From a virus (Duplodnaviria > Caudoviricetes): DNA of 64,000 nucleotides. Of this stretch, positions 56,234 to 64,000 are shown one piece after another. The stretch is from positions 7,998 to 71,997 of the IMG/VR virus record IMGVR_UViG_3300031965_000012; one strand, given 5' to 3'. A model generated the notes under the pieces. That model did no database searches. It worked only from the letters and a program-made list of their open reading frames with translations, and was not told the DNA's origin. Position 1 is the first letter of the stretch; each line of letters opens with the position of its first letter. Both the position numbers and the translations under genes were made by a program.

Positions 56234-56290
56234 ATATTTTTCATAATTATTTTAGTACTGCTTAGTATAATAGAGTGGTACTAAAATAAT
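56231..56290 (+). promoter_or_regulatory. Class-M promoter copy 4 with a 13-bp inverted repeat around its -10
   Basis: ATTATTTTAGTAC (56246-56258) / GTACTAAAATAAT (56278-56290). Confidence 0.55.
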
Positions 56291-56327
56291 ATGAATTTTA
56301 TAAAATGTTTCTCGATGGAATCTAAAC

Positions 56328-57380
56328 ATGATACAATCAATTGAAATAAATAATTTTCAAAGCCATAAAAAAACTGAGTTGGTATTTAGCCCCGGTGTCA
56401 ATTGTATCCTTGGTACCTCTGACAGTGGTAAAACAGCAATATTACGTGCCCTGAATTGGGTAACTAATAATCGCCCTGGTGGTGATGCTTACCGCTCATA
56501 TTGGGATGGGGATACAGAAGTCGCTGTAAAGGTCGCTGGAATTACAGTCACAAGAGCGAAACATAAAAATGGAATTGGTGATAATAATTTCTATTCCATT
56601 TCCACTTTGGATTCCCATTTAACCGGATTCGGACAATCTGCCCCGGATGCTGTAAATGAAATCCTCAATATGGGGACCATAAATATTCAGGCCCAACTCG
56701 ATGCCCCATTTATGTTAAGCAGTAACGCCGGGGAAGTCGCCAGACAATTAAATCAAATTGCTAACCTGCAAATAATTGATACAGCACAAACCAATATTAA
56801 ATCCGCTGTAAAGAAAACCAAATCACGTAAATCATATGTTGAAGATGATATCGAGGCAAAACAGAAAAAGCTCGATGAAATGAAATGGTTGGATAATTTT
56901 GAAATAGATATTCAAGCGGCTGAAATTATCCAAAATGAAATAGATAAAATAGAGGGAAAGCAGAATAGTTTAGCCCCTATTATCTCTCAATGTAAAGAAA
57001 CGCAAAATTCCCTTGATTCCTATAGGCAAATCGAGACTGTAAGCAATGAAATTAAAAAAGTAGAGGCATTATATACTGAATTAGAAAAGGGCCTTAAATC
57101 GCAAAATTTAGGACAGTCATTAGTTGATTCCATTAAGGCGGCAAAGAATAAAAAGAAACAGGTTAAAAAATTAGTCTCGTTGGATATTCCCCTTACTGAA
57201 TATCTGGAATTGAAAAAGCAGATGGAAGAGCAAGAGGATCAGGAATATAAACTAAGTGGATTGATAAAATCTGCCTATACAATCCATAAAACAATTAAAA
57301 CTAAAGTGGCAGAAATTGAAACGGCTGAAAAAGAGTTTCATGAGTTGATGCCAGAGCAATGTCCATTATGCGGCAAATGA
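56328..57380 (+). CDS. Rad50/SbcC/gp46-like ATPase, N-terminal half
   Basis: INNFQSH, GTSDSGKTAILRAL, Q-loop QAQLD; coiled coil ending CPLCGK. Confidence 0.88.
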   Translation: MIQSIEINNFQSHKKTELVFSPGVNCILGTSDSGKTAILRALNWVTNNRPGGDAYRSYWDGDTEVAVKVAGITVTRAKHKNGIGDNNFYSISTLDSHLTGFGQSAPDAVNEILNMGTINIQAQLDAPFMLSSNAGEVARQLNQIANLQIIDTAQTNIKSAVKKTKSRKSYVEDDIEAKQKKLDEMKWLDNFEIDIQAAEIIQNEIDKIEGKQNSLAPIISQCKETQNSLDSYRQIETVSNEIKKVEALYTELEKGLKSQNLGQSLVDSIKAAKNKKKQVKKLVSLDIPLTEYLELKKQMEEQEDQEYKLSGLIKSAYTIHKTIKTKVAEIETAEKEFHELMPEQCPLCGK

Positions 57381-57554
57381 GATTATGATTACCGCAAAAA
57401 TCCCAATAACAAATAAACCAGGAATGAAAAAATTAAATTCCATCACCAGGATAATACAGGAACCTTCTATATACGTACAGTGGTGTTATCTGCTGAGGAA
57501 TTAAACGCTTTTGAACAGGAATGTATTAATCGGTATAAAGGAGGGAAATAAACA

Positions 57555-58358
57555 ATGGCTGAGCATGTGATTATTAAAAAAGAGGAATTATACGTACTTG
57601 ATTTAGACCCCGCTGAAATAGCAGAGAAACGAGGGCTAAAAGTAGTATACCCAAAACCAAATGAATTTCAACTTGATATTGATTCCCAAGAAAATATGGA
57701 CAATTTCTACTGCCGTATAAATGATATAGAAAAATTAGGATTTGATATCCGTTTTAAAAGGACGAAATCAAAAACAGAAGGAAATTATCATATTACTGCC
57801 TCTATAGATGGGATAGATGAACTTTCCGAATGGCAAAGAATTGCGTTACAATTTATGTTTGGCTCAGATTATAAAAGAGAAGTATTTAATGGCTTACGAC
57901 AGTTATTAAATATATCACCGATTGACAGATACGAAATGGTAATGACATGGGGAAAGTATCAAGGGAAAACAATTGAAGAAATTCCCAGTGGTTATTTACT
58001 ATGGATACGTGATGAATCGGATTGTGGTGATGAATTACGTGATGCTGCCGCTGCTGAACTCGATTTTAGGACAAAGCATAAAACACATTTTCGTAAACGT
58101 GGGGGAGGACGCAAGATAATGGTAATGGAAAGATATCACCTAGATAAGTTTGAATTATTACTCAGTAGGGTATATAGGCACAAGTATAGAGCGAAATTTG
58201 CCCGGCGGTGGATATTTTACGCCGTCACTGATTTACAAAATATGATACGTGAGGCCGGAGGTAGATTCTTTTCAAAAAAAGAATTACTTCAAATGACCTA
58301 TGCTGAATGTATTATAAATTTCTACCCTAATGGAATTACAATGGAGCGTACTAAATAA
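57555..58358 (+). CDS. Multi-module hypothetical protein with MTWGKYQGK motif
   Basis: MTWGKYQGKTIEEIPSGYLLW; internal GGAGG-ATG suggests a fused second gene. Confidence 0.55.
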   Translation: MAEHVIIKKEELYVLDLDPAEIAEKRGLKVVYPKPNEFQLDIDSQENMDNFYCRINDIEKLGFDIRFKRTKSKTEGNYHITASIDGIDELSEWQRIALQFMFGSDYKREVFNGLRQLLNISPIDRYEMVMTWGKYQGKTIEEIPSGYLLWIRDESDCGDELRDAAAAELDFRTKHKTHFRKRGGGRKIMVMERYHLDKFELLLSRVYRHKYRAKFARRWIFYAVTDLQNMIREAGGRFFSKKELLQMTYAECIINFYPNGITMERTK

Positions 58359-58374
58359 TAGGAAAAAACATTCA

Positions 58375-59271
58375 ATGAAACGAAAACAAACTAAACCAAC
58401 TGCTATACTATGTGGTGATATTCATTTGCGAGAAGATACACCTGTTTGTCGTCTGGATGAATATGAAAAAGCAATGTGGAGTAAAATAGATTGGCTATCC
58501 GATCTACAGAAAAAATATGATTGCCCTGTTTTAGATTCCGGCGATCTATTCCACCGATGGAAACCAAGTCCGTATTTACTCAGTAAAGCAATCCAACATC
58601 TCCCAGATGAATTAGTGACAGTACCAGGAAACCACGACCTTCCACAACATAATCTTGAAATGGTAGGAAAATCCGGTTTAGCTGTTTTATCAAGTGCTAC
58701 TGCCGCTAGTGTGTTTATGCACGCTATGGCATTTGTATTTAGAAAAATTAGGGTGTATGGGTGCCCCTATGGCGAAATACCAGAAGAACCAGCAGATGTG
58801 CTTATCTGGCATGTAATGACATATCAAGGTAAAAAACCATGGCCGGGTTGTAAAGATATGAGTGCCAAAGGAATCCTTAAAAAATATCCGCAATACAAAC
58901 TAATCCTGACTGGGCATAATCATATTCCATTTGTCGAGGAATTGGATGGAAGGTTGCTTGTAAACCCCGGATCAATGATGCGGATGAACGCTGACCAGGT
59001 AAACCATAAACCACGTGTTTATTTATGGTATGCTGAAACAAATACAGTTGAGCCAGTTTATTACCCAATTGAGGAGGATGTTGTAACAAGGGGGCACATT
59101 GATGTGGTTGAAAATAGGGATGAACGGCTTGACTCATTTATTGAGCGGTTAAATACTGATTGTGAAATAGATTTAAGTTTTACGAAAAATATGGAAGGAT
59201 TTATTTCCGGCAATAAAGTAAAAAAATCAATTAAAAATAAAATATGGGAGGCCGTCGATGGCGAGCGTTGA
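58375..59271 (+). CDS. Mre11/SbcD/gp47-like nuclease
   Basis: GDIH, SGDLFH, PGNHD, LTGHNH, NPGS. Confidence 0.9.
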   Translation: MKRKQTKPTAILCGDIHLREDTPVCRLDEYEKAMWSKIDWLSDLQKKYDCPVLDSGDLFHRWKPSPYLLSKAIQHLPDELVTVPGNHDLPQHNLEMVGKSGLAVLSSATAASVFMHAMAFVFRKIRVYGCPYGEIPEEPADVLIWHVMTYQGKKPWPGCKDMSAKGILKKYPQYKLILTGHNHIPFVEELDGRLLVNPGSMMRMNADQVNHKPRVYLWYAETNTVEPVYYPIEEDVVTRGHIDVVENRDERLDSFIERLNTDCEIDLSFTKNMEGFISGNKVKKSIKNKIWEAVDGER

Positions 59272-59503
59272 ACAAAAATTATTAAGTCTCAAGCAGAAGA
59301 TTGAAAGCGCCAAAACGGAAAAATCTAAACTTGATGGTGCAATGGAATCTCTGAAAAAAAGATTGCTGGATGAGTTTGGTTGCAAAACCGTTAAACAGGC
59401 AGAAAAGAAAATTGAGGAAATGAAAGAGAAATTAAAAAGTCTAAATAACGACATCCAAGAAAAACTCAAATCCATCGAAGAAGAGTATGGGGATTTATTA
59501 TGA
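59258..59503 (+). CDS. Small coiled-coil protein
   Basis: Heptad pattern; lies between the nuclease and the Rad50 C-half. Confidence 0.6.
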   Translation: MASVEQKLLSLKQKIESAKTEKSKLDGAMESLKKRLLDEFGCKTVKQAEKKIEEMKEKLKSLNNDIQEKLKSIEEEYGDLL

Positions 59504-60105
59504 TTGCTGAATACCTTAAAAAACTTGAACAGTTAAAAGGGCAACGGAAAGAAAAACAAAGTGAATTGAAGTCCCTTAATGCTGAACTGAAATCTTTAAT
59601 AATTGATTTAGAAGAGTATGAGGAGGCACAGGTAATCATTCAACAGGTGGCCAGAATGACACAACAGCAACTTGAATACCGGGTATCTGAAATCGTTACT
59701 CTTGCCTTGTCAGCCGTATTTGAAGACCCCTATAAATTTGAAATTGAATTTATTGATAAACGGGGGAAAACAGAGGCGGAAATATGGTTTGTCAGAAATG
59801 AAGAAAAAATTAAACCAATTGATGCCTCCGGTGGTGGTGTAGTGGATATAGCAAGCCTGGCTTTACGAATCGCCCTATGGAACTTACAAAAACCAAAAAC
59901 CAGGAATGTATTGATTTTAGATGAACCATGTAAATGTTTGAGTGCTGATATGCTGGATAAGGCGAGCCTAATGATTAAGGAAATTAGCCAGAAATTAGGA
60001 TTACAAATAATCATGGTAACTCACTCTGATGTACTGGCAGAGGCGGCGGATAAAGTGTTTTATGTCAAAAAGAAGAATAATGTTTCTGTTTGTATTGAAG
60101 GGTAG
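59500..60105 (+). CDS. Rad50/SbcC/gp46-like ATPase, C-terminal half
   Basis: ABC signature ASGG, Walker B LILDEP, H-loop MVTHS. Confidence 0.88.
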   Translation: MIAEYLKKLEQLKGQRKEKQSELKSLNAELKSLIIDLEEYEEAQVIIQQVARMTQQQLEYRVSEIVTLALSAVFEDPYKFEIEFIDKRGKTEAEIWFVRNEEKIKPIDASGGGVVDIASLALRIALWNLQKPKTRNVLILDEPCKCLSADMLDKASLMIKEISQKLGLQIIMVTHSDVLAEAADKVFYVKKKNNVSVCIEG

Positions 60106-60110
60106 ATGAG

Positions 60111-60476
60111 ATGTTTAAACAATATGATGAATACCTCTATAGGTATGAGGATGCTACTTACTCCGGTGGATTTGATGAATATGGGGACTATATACCAGGA
60201 TCATCAATACTAAAAGTCGAGCTAAGGGAATACGGAATTATAAAACGAACCCCAAAAGGTGCTTGGATAGATTATTACGGGGATAAAAAGTTTGTCCTTC
60301 TTACAGCAAGGAAGAAGTTTGCATGTAATACAATAGAAGAGGCGAAGGAATCGTTTGTAGCACGTAAAAATAGGCAATTACAAATTCTTGAAGCACAGCT
60401 TAATAAGTGCAAAAGTGCTTTGAGGATTATTGACAAAGAAAAGGGAGACTATGATTCTTCTGAAATTGAAATATAG
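60111..60476 (+). CDS. Hypothetical protein
   Basis: IIKRTPKGAWI..KFVL..ARKKFA. Confidence 0.55.
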   Translation: MFKQYDEYLYRYEDATYSGGFDEYGDYIPGSSILKVELREYGIIKRTPKGAWIDYYGDKKFVLLTARKKFACNTIEEAKESFVARKNRQLQILEAQLNKCKSALRIIDKEKGDYDSSEIEI

Positions 60477-61031
60477 AATACGATTTTACTATAAACAGGC
60501 AATGTATTTTATTGGTATTTGCCCACATTGCTTTTCAAAGCTATCTTTTGGCCGTAATGGAACCCCTATTTGTACGGCCTGTTCGAAACGATAAGGAGTA
60601 GTTTATTATGTGTGAAAAACGAGTAGGTAAGTGGGTGGTTGAATCTATTTTTGAATTTATGCTTTTATATTCCGTCATTATAACATGGGTGTTTGGAACA
60701 GTTCTAGCGCCTGGATGGTTAAAAATAATAGCCTTTACCTTCCCACCATATGCCTGGTATCTAGTTGCTGAAAAAGTATCACAAATTAATGGATGGATTT
60801 AAAATGGAACTTATAAGTTGTAGCCAATGTGGTGTTGTTCTAGATAAAAGCAAAATTATATTCCCTTCCATTTATGATCATGATACGCAAATGGTTATTA
60901 GCACTAATGCCGTATGGGATGGTGATGAATATAAATCTAAAATAGACTGCCCTGTTTGTGGTGCTGATGTTATTGATGAATAAATTAAGGGGAAGTATAA
61001 TAGAATAGGAAAAATTAATAATAATCGAGTT

Positions 61032-61111
61032 TAGCAGTGACAGGTCTCGAACCTGCATCGCCCGCCTGAGTTTTGTCTCATCGGGCGTTTTACCAATTAA
61101 ACCACACTGCT
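61032..61111 (-). tRNA. tRNA-like element with non-canonical 15-nt anticodon region; no amino acid assignable; no encoded CCA
   Basis: 7-bp acceptor AGCAGTG/CACTGCT, D-arm GTTT-AATTGGTA-AAAC, T-arm GCAGG-TTCGAGA-CCTGT. Confidence 0.65.
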
Positions 61112-61138
61112 CAGGTTCAGCACCGTTCTAGAATAATA

Positions 61139-61543
61139 CTAAGCCTGTTTTTCATGTTGTCTTTTATAAATCTTCGCCCCTATCGTATCAACTGAATTAT
61201 AATAGGTAACAGCACGATACAATCTAAGACATTTCAACAATTCATTCTTTGACCCCTTCTGAATTATAGCAATAAGATTATGAAGAAAAATAGAATTGCT
61301 TTGATGGAAATCATCCCATGAACCATCTGAAAATTCCCATGACATATCATGGAAAAAGCAAGCGGCACTAATTACCAACATGTACACTGTTTCAGGAACA
61401 AGTTTTTGCCCTATTCCTTTGCCAGCACCGCAGAACGCCCCAAAATCTTCTATTGTATTAGTAGGTAATTCGATACCAGTAGGACCGATTAAAGTGATGG
61501 GGGTTCCGTCCTTAAATTTCAGGTAGTATTTTTGAGTATCCAT
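61139..61543 (-). CDS. Hypothetical protein (DUF1353-like)
   Basis: VPET.Y..VISAACFFHD.SW..SDG; lysis region. Confidence 0.5.
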   Translation of the reverse strand: MDTQKYYLKFKDGTPITLIGPTGIELPTNTIEDFGAFCGAGKGIGQKLVPETVYMLVISAACFFHDMSWEFSDGSWDDFHQSNSIFLHNLIAIIQKGSKNELLKCLRLYRAVTYYNSVDTIGAKIYKRQHEKQA

Positions 61544-62098
61544 TTACATGCCTCTTATGACAGGAACCAGAATTTTACCCATTGTGATGCCAATGTTCAA
61601 AGCATCCATTACCAAAGCTGCTCTATCCACTGTTTCTGGATTCTGTTTCATAAGTTCAAATCGGTTGGCCAGGAATGTTGCATTCCTATCAAAATTTTCT
61701 AATTGCATTCTATCGATAGTATTGAACTTTTCCTTATTTCGGTTTAGAACTTCCTTTCCGAGAAGGTAGTTTGTGCGGGAGTAGTTATAAACCTGCTCAA
61801 GTGATTGCTGGCTTATTGTGATGGAATTCATATCGAGACTTGCCCACCCTTCCACTATTTCAATCATGGAATTTAAGTTATTATCCACCGATACCAGCAA
61901 TACACGATCCTCTTCTGAAATGGTATCCAATTTATCCTTGGTAATCTGTTTGATTTCAGAATAAGCGTAGGCAAGTTGGGTAGCGGAACTTATAAATTGT
62001 GCTGAATCCATAACTACTTGTGTACTGGTGGGGGTACAACGTACCGCCCCAATCAAAGCCATAAACATCACCAAAATCATCGCTGCTTTAGTTTTCAT
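61544..62098 (-). CDS. Putative lipoprotein in the lysis region
   Basis: Signal peptide followed by Cys: MKTKAAMILVMFMALIGAVRC. Confidence 0.5.
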   Translation of the reverse strand: MKTKAAMILVMFMALIGAVRCTPTSTQVVMDSAQFISSATQLAYAYSEIKQITKDKLDTISEEDRVLLVSVDNNLNSMIEIVEGWASLDMNSITISQQSLEQVYNYSRTNYLLGKEVLNRNKEKFNTIDRMQLENFDRNATFLANRFELMKQNPETVDRAALVMDALNIGITMGKILVPVIRGM

Positions 62099-62112
62099 CT
62101 TAACTTTCTCCC

Positions 62113-62541
62113 TTATTTTAATTTTAATGAGAAGTGGCCAGGATCGCCCGTACCACCACGTAATTTATAATTCCCACCCCACTCCACTCTATAACCTAAT
62201 CGCCCCGCTACGGCGATAATATGAGACGCTAGAGCGTTAAACGCATATGCATCCTCCCATAGATAATTTTTTATTTCAGATGAATACGGGGCAATATCAA
62301 TACCAAGTGACCATGGCTTATTTCCAATCATTACATTATGATCGGATTCCCCCCACCTAGCATTTGATTTTCCATCCATAAATGCTTTATCTTGATCCCA
62401 CTCATTCCTCCATCCACAAACAATCCCAAAATCACAGGGGCATTCAGAATCGTTTGCTGCTTCAATCATTATTTCAGACCATGCTGGATGGCAGGTTGCT
62501 AATCTCTTTTTACTTGTACTTCCAAAATAAACTTTTGGCAT
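62113..62541 (-). CDS. Endolysin, M15 family (L-Ala-D-Glu peptidase-like)
   Basis: KRLATCHP, GWRNEWDQ, SDHN, GIDIAP, WGGNY, DPGHF. Confidence 0.88.
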   Translation of the reverse strand: MPKVYFGSTSKKRLATCHPAWSEIMIEAANDSECPCDFGIVCGWRNEWDQDKAFMDGKSNARWGESDHNVMIGNKPWSLGIDIAPYSSEIKNYLWEDAYAFNALASHIIAVAGRLGYRVEWGGNYKLRGGTGDPGHFSLKLK

Positions 62542-62740
62542 TACCAAAACCCTCCTTCCTTTGATGTCCAGCACCACATATTGATAAATGGTTTCCCAGT
62601 AGTTTGCATCGGAGCACATGTCTCTTTATCATAAAAACAAGTGTCACAATAATTGATGTCATACCTATAACATCGTTTGCCCGGATAATAATATTTAGGG
62701 CACGTTGCCTCGTGCGGGCACCCGATACATGTATTTTCCA

Positions 62741-63160
62741 TCAGACTAAATGAAGTACTTTAAAGCACATGGTAAACAATTCATTTATGTGCCCTGTTAA
62801 AATTAATGTGCCGGTAATGATTCCGACACCAAGCCATACTTTAAGAAATGTTTTTCCTATTTTTTCATGTTGGCCTAATTTACCTGTTTTGTGTTCTTCA
62901 ATATCTTTTTCAATTCTATCAAATCTTCCGGAGCCATCTTTTAATAGATTTGACCCCTCCTGTAGCCCTGAGACGCACTCCACTATCGTCTGCTTTATCT
63001 CAGCGAAGGAGGATGAATATTGATCCATGTTCTTTTGCATTGTTTGAAGTTGCAAATTAATTAAATCAAATTGCCCTCTTGTAACTGCCCCTAATTCAAC
63101 TACCGTAGTACATGGACATTCAGTGTTCTTCCGGCGTTCTTTGAAATGTTCGTTTGGCAT
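62741..63160 (-). CDS. Coiled-coil protein with C-terminal TM (holin-like)
   Basis: KVWLGVGIITGTLILTG; upstream of the endolysin. Confidence 0.5.
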   Translation of the reverse strand: MPNEHFKERRKNTECPCTTVVELGAVTRGQFDLINLQLQTMQKNMDQYSSSFAEIKQTIVECVSGLQEGSNLLKDGSGRFDRIEKDIEEHKTGKLGQHEKIGKTFLKVWLGVGIITGTLILTGHINELFTMCFKVLHLV

Positions 63161-63178
63161 TACGCGTGTCCTTTTATT

Positions 63179-64000
63179 TTATGCCATCCGTATTATGCTG
63201 ACGGCTGTGTTTTTATATTCCACTGTGAAATTATTTGCTGTTCCCCTATAAAAACCAAATAAAATGGTGGCCCCCGCAGAAACGGTTATTATAGTGCTTC
63301 CGTAGACGCTGCCCTGCCCGCCTGCGGCTACGTTTACAGACGGTTCGATCTCTCCGCTATCATATGTCGTTGTCCCGGTTAGAATCGGTATTAAGTAATA
63401 AATATCAGCAACAGATGATGTATCAAGAACCCTAGCACTTACGGTAATTTGATATGTCCCAGCATTGACAAATGTAAACACTCCGCTCGACAGCGTAATG
63501 TTAGATGTTGATATCCCAGTAGTATCAAATAGTATTGTAGGCACTGGCCATGTTGCTCCAGTAACCCCCGTTTGATTAGCAGACATTGTGTATCTGCCAA
63601 AATTCGAGCCTATAACATTTGTGCCAATCGTTAAACCGGCAAAAGTGGGTGTCCCAGTCGTGCTGACATCTTGGTTGATCTTAAAGTCTGCACCAAATTC
63701 TGCTATTATGCCACTTGTCGTCGGCTTAAAATATAGATTACTTGCAGTAGCATCTGTCGCTGCCTTGAGGTTTACAGTCCCACCAGACGAAGGGACAAGA
63801 CCAACACTTCCACCTGTTCCAGTTGAAACACCCTGTGCTTTTAGCACCTGCGTACTGTTATTATATGTTAAATTAGCAGTAGACTTAGTAGGGATATTTC
63901 CTGCCCCTAAAGCCATTAGAACACGGTAAATAGTACTCTCACCGCCCGTGGTGGCAACCGCTATGTTCGTGGCATTAGTGGCAGTACCAGATGTAGCAGC
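63179..64000 (-). CDS. Tail fibre-like protein with C1q/BclA-like C-terminal domain, 5' end beyond the window
   Basis: Frame open from base 64000; QDVSTTGTPTFAGLTIG, ILFDTT, SGVFTFVNAGTYQIT. Confidence 0.6.
   Translation of the reverse strand, partial: AATSGTATNATNIAVATTGGESTIYRVLMALGAGNIPTKSTANLTYNNSTQVLKAQGVSTGTGGSVGLVPSSGGTVNLKAATDATASNLYFKPTTSGIIAEFGADFKINQDVSTTGTPTFAGLTIGTNVIGSNFGRYTMSANQTGVTGATWPVPTILFDTTGISTSNITLSSGVFTFVNAGTYQITVSARVLDTSSVADIYYLIPILTGTTTYDSGEIEPSVNVAAGGQGSVYGSTIITVSAGATILFGFYRGTANNFTVEYKNTAVSIIRMA

Noticed and set aside
19503-60983. Integrase, IntI or CI-type repressor
   Set aside because: No tyrosine (R-H-R-H-Y) or serine recombinase pattern or CI-like protein recognised in any listed ORF; one could lie outside the window.
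1-64000. Window ends joining as a circle (both terminal ORFs are in compatible frames)
   Set aside because: A frame match has a one-in-three chance. The fused protein would join a decoration-like N-terminus to a fibre C-terminus, and the head-tail connector genes are missing, so more genome lies outside.
1-64000. Stop-codon reassignment
   Set aside because: Core genes are full length in the standard code; the in-frame stops noted are isolated.

Overview
The window is a 64-kb slice of an AT-rich, tailed dsDNA phage (siphovirus-like). Both window ends cut structural genes. Minus-strand blocks (1-19304 and 61139-64000) hold the late genes: TerS, TerL, a portal-MuF fusion, major tail, tail chaperone with a -1 frameshift, tape measure, LamG tail-tip proteins, HK97 protease and capsid, and lysis genes. 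The plus-strand block (19503-60983) holds early and middle genes: primase, helicases, an initiator plus DnaC-like loader, a split UDG-exonuclease/PolA, clamp and clamp loader, SSB, RecA, UvsY-like protein, RuvC, a split Rad50 plus Mre11, ThyX, two sigma factors and a 7-deazaguanine DNA-modification cluster (queD, queE, queC, PRTase-folE fusion, dpdA-like). I see no integrase or CRISPR array. The main finding is at 47086-49239: five integron-type attC sites bounding five gene cassettes of phage-like genes. The attC bottom-strand architecture lies on the coding strand, so the ORFs are inverted relative to classical integrons. Each attC would therefore travel as the 5' leader of its gene, and most ORFs stop exactly at the predicted crossover. 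Other notable items are an IS630 that may split a phage gene, a catalytically dead stand-alone Hint domain, four tandem DpdA N-terminal-like modules, two perfect four-way-junction RNA candidates, a tRNA-like element with a 15-nt anticodon region, and three classes of repeated promoter motifs. All protein calls come from motif recognition by eye; no database searches or folding programs were run.
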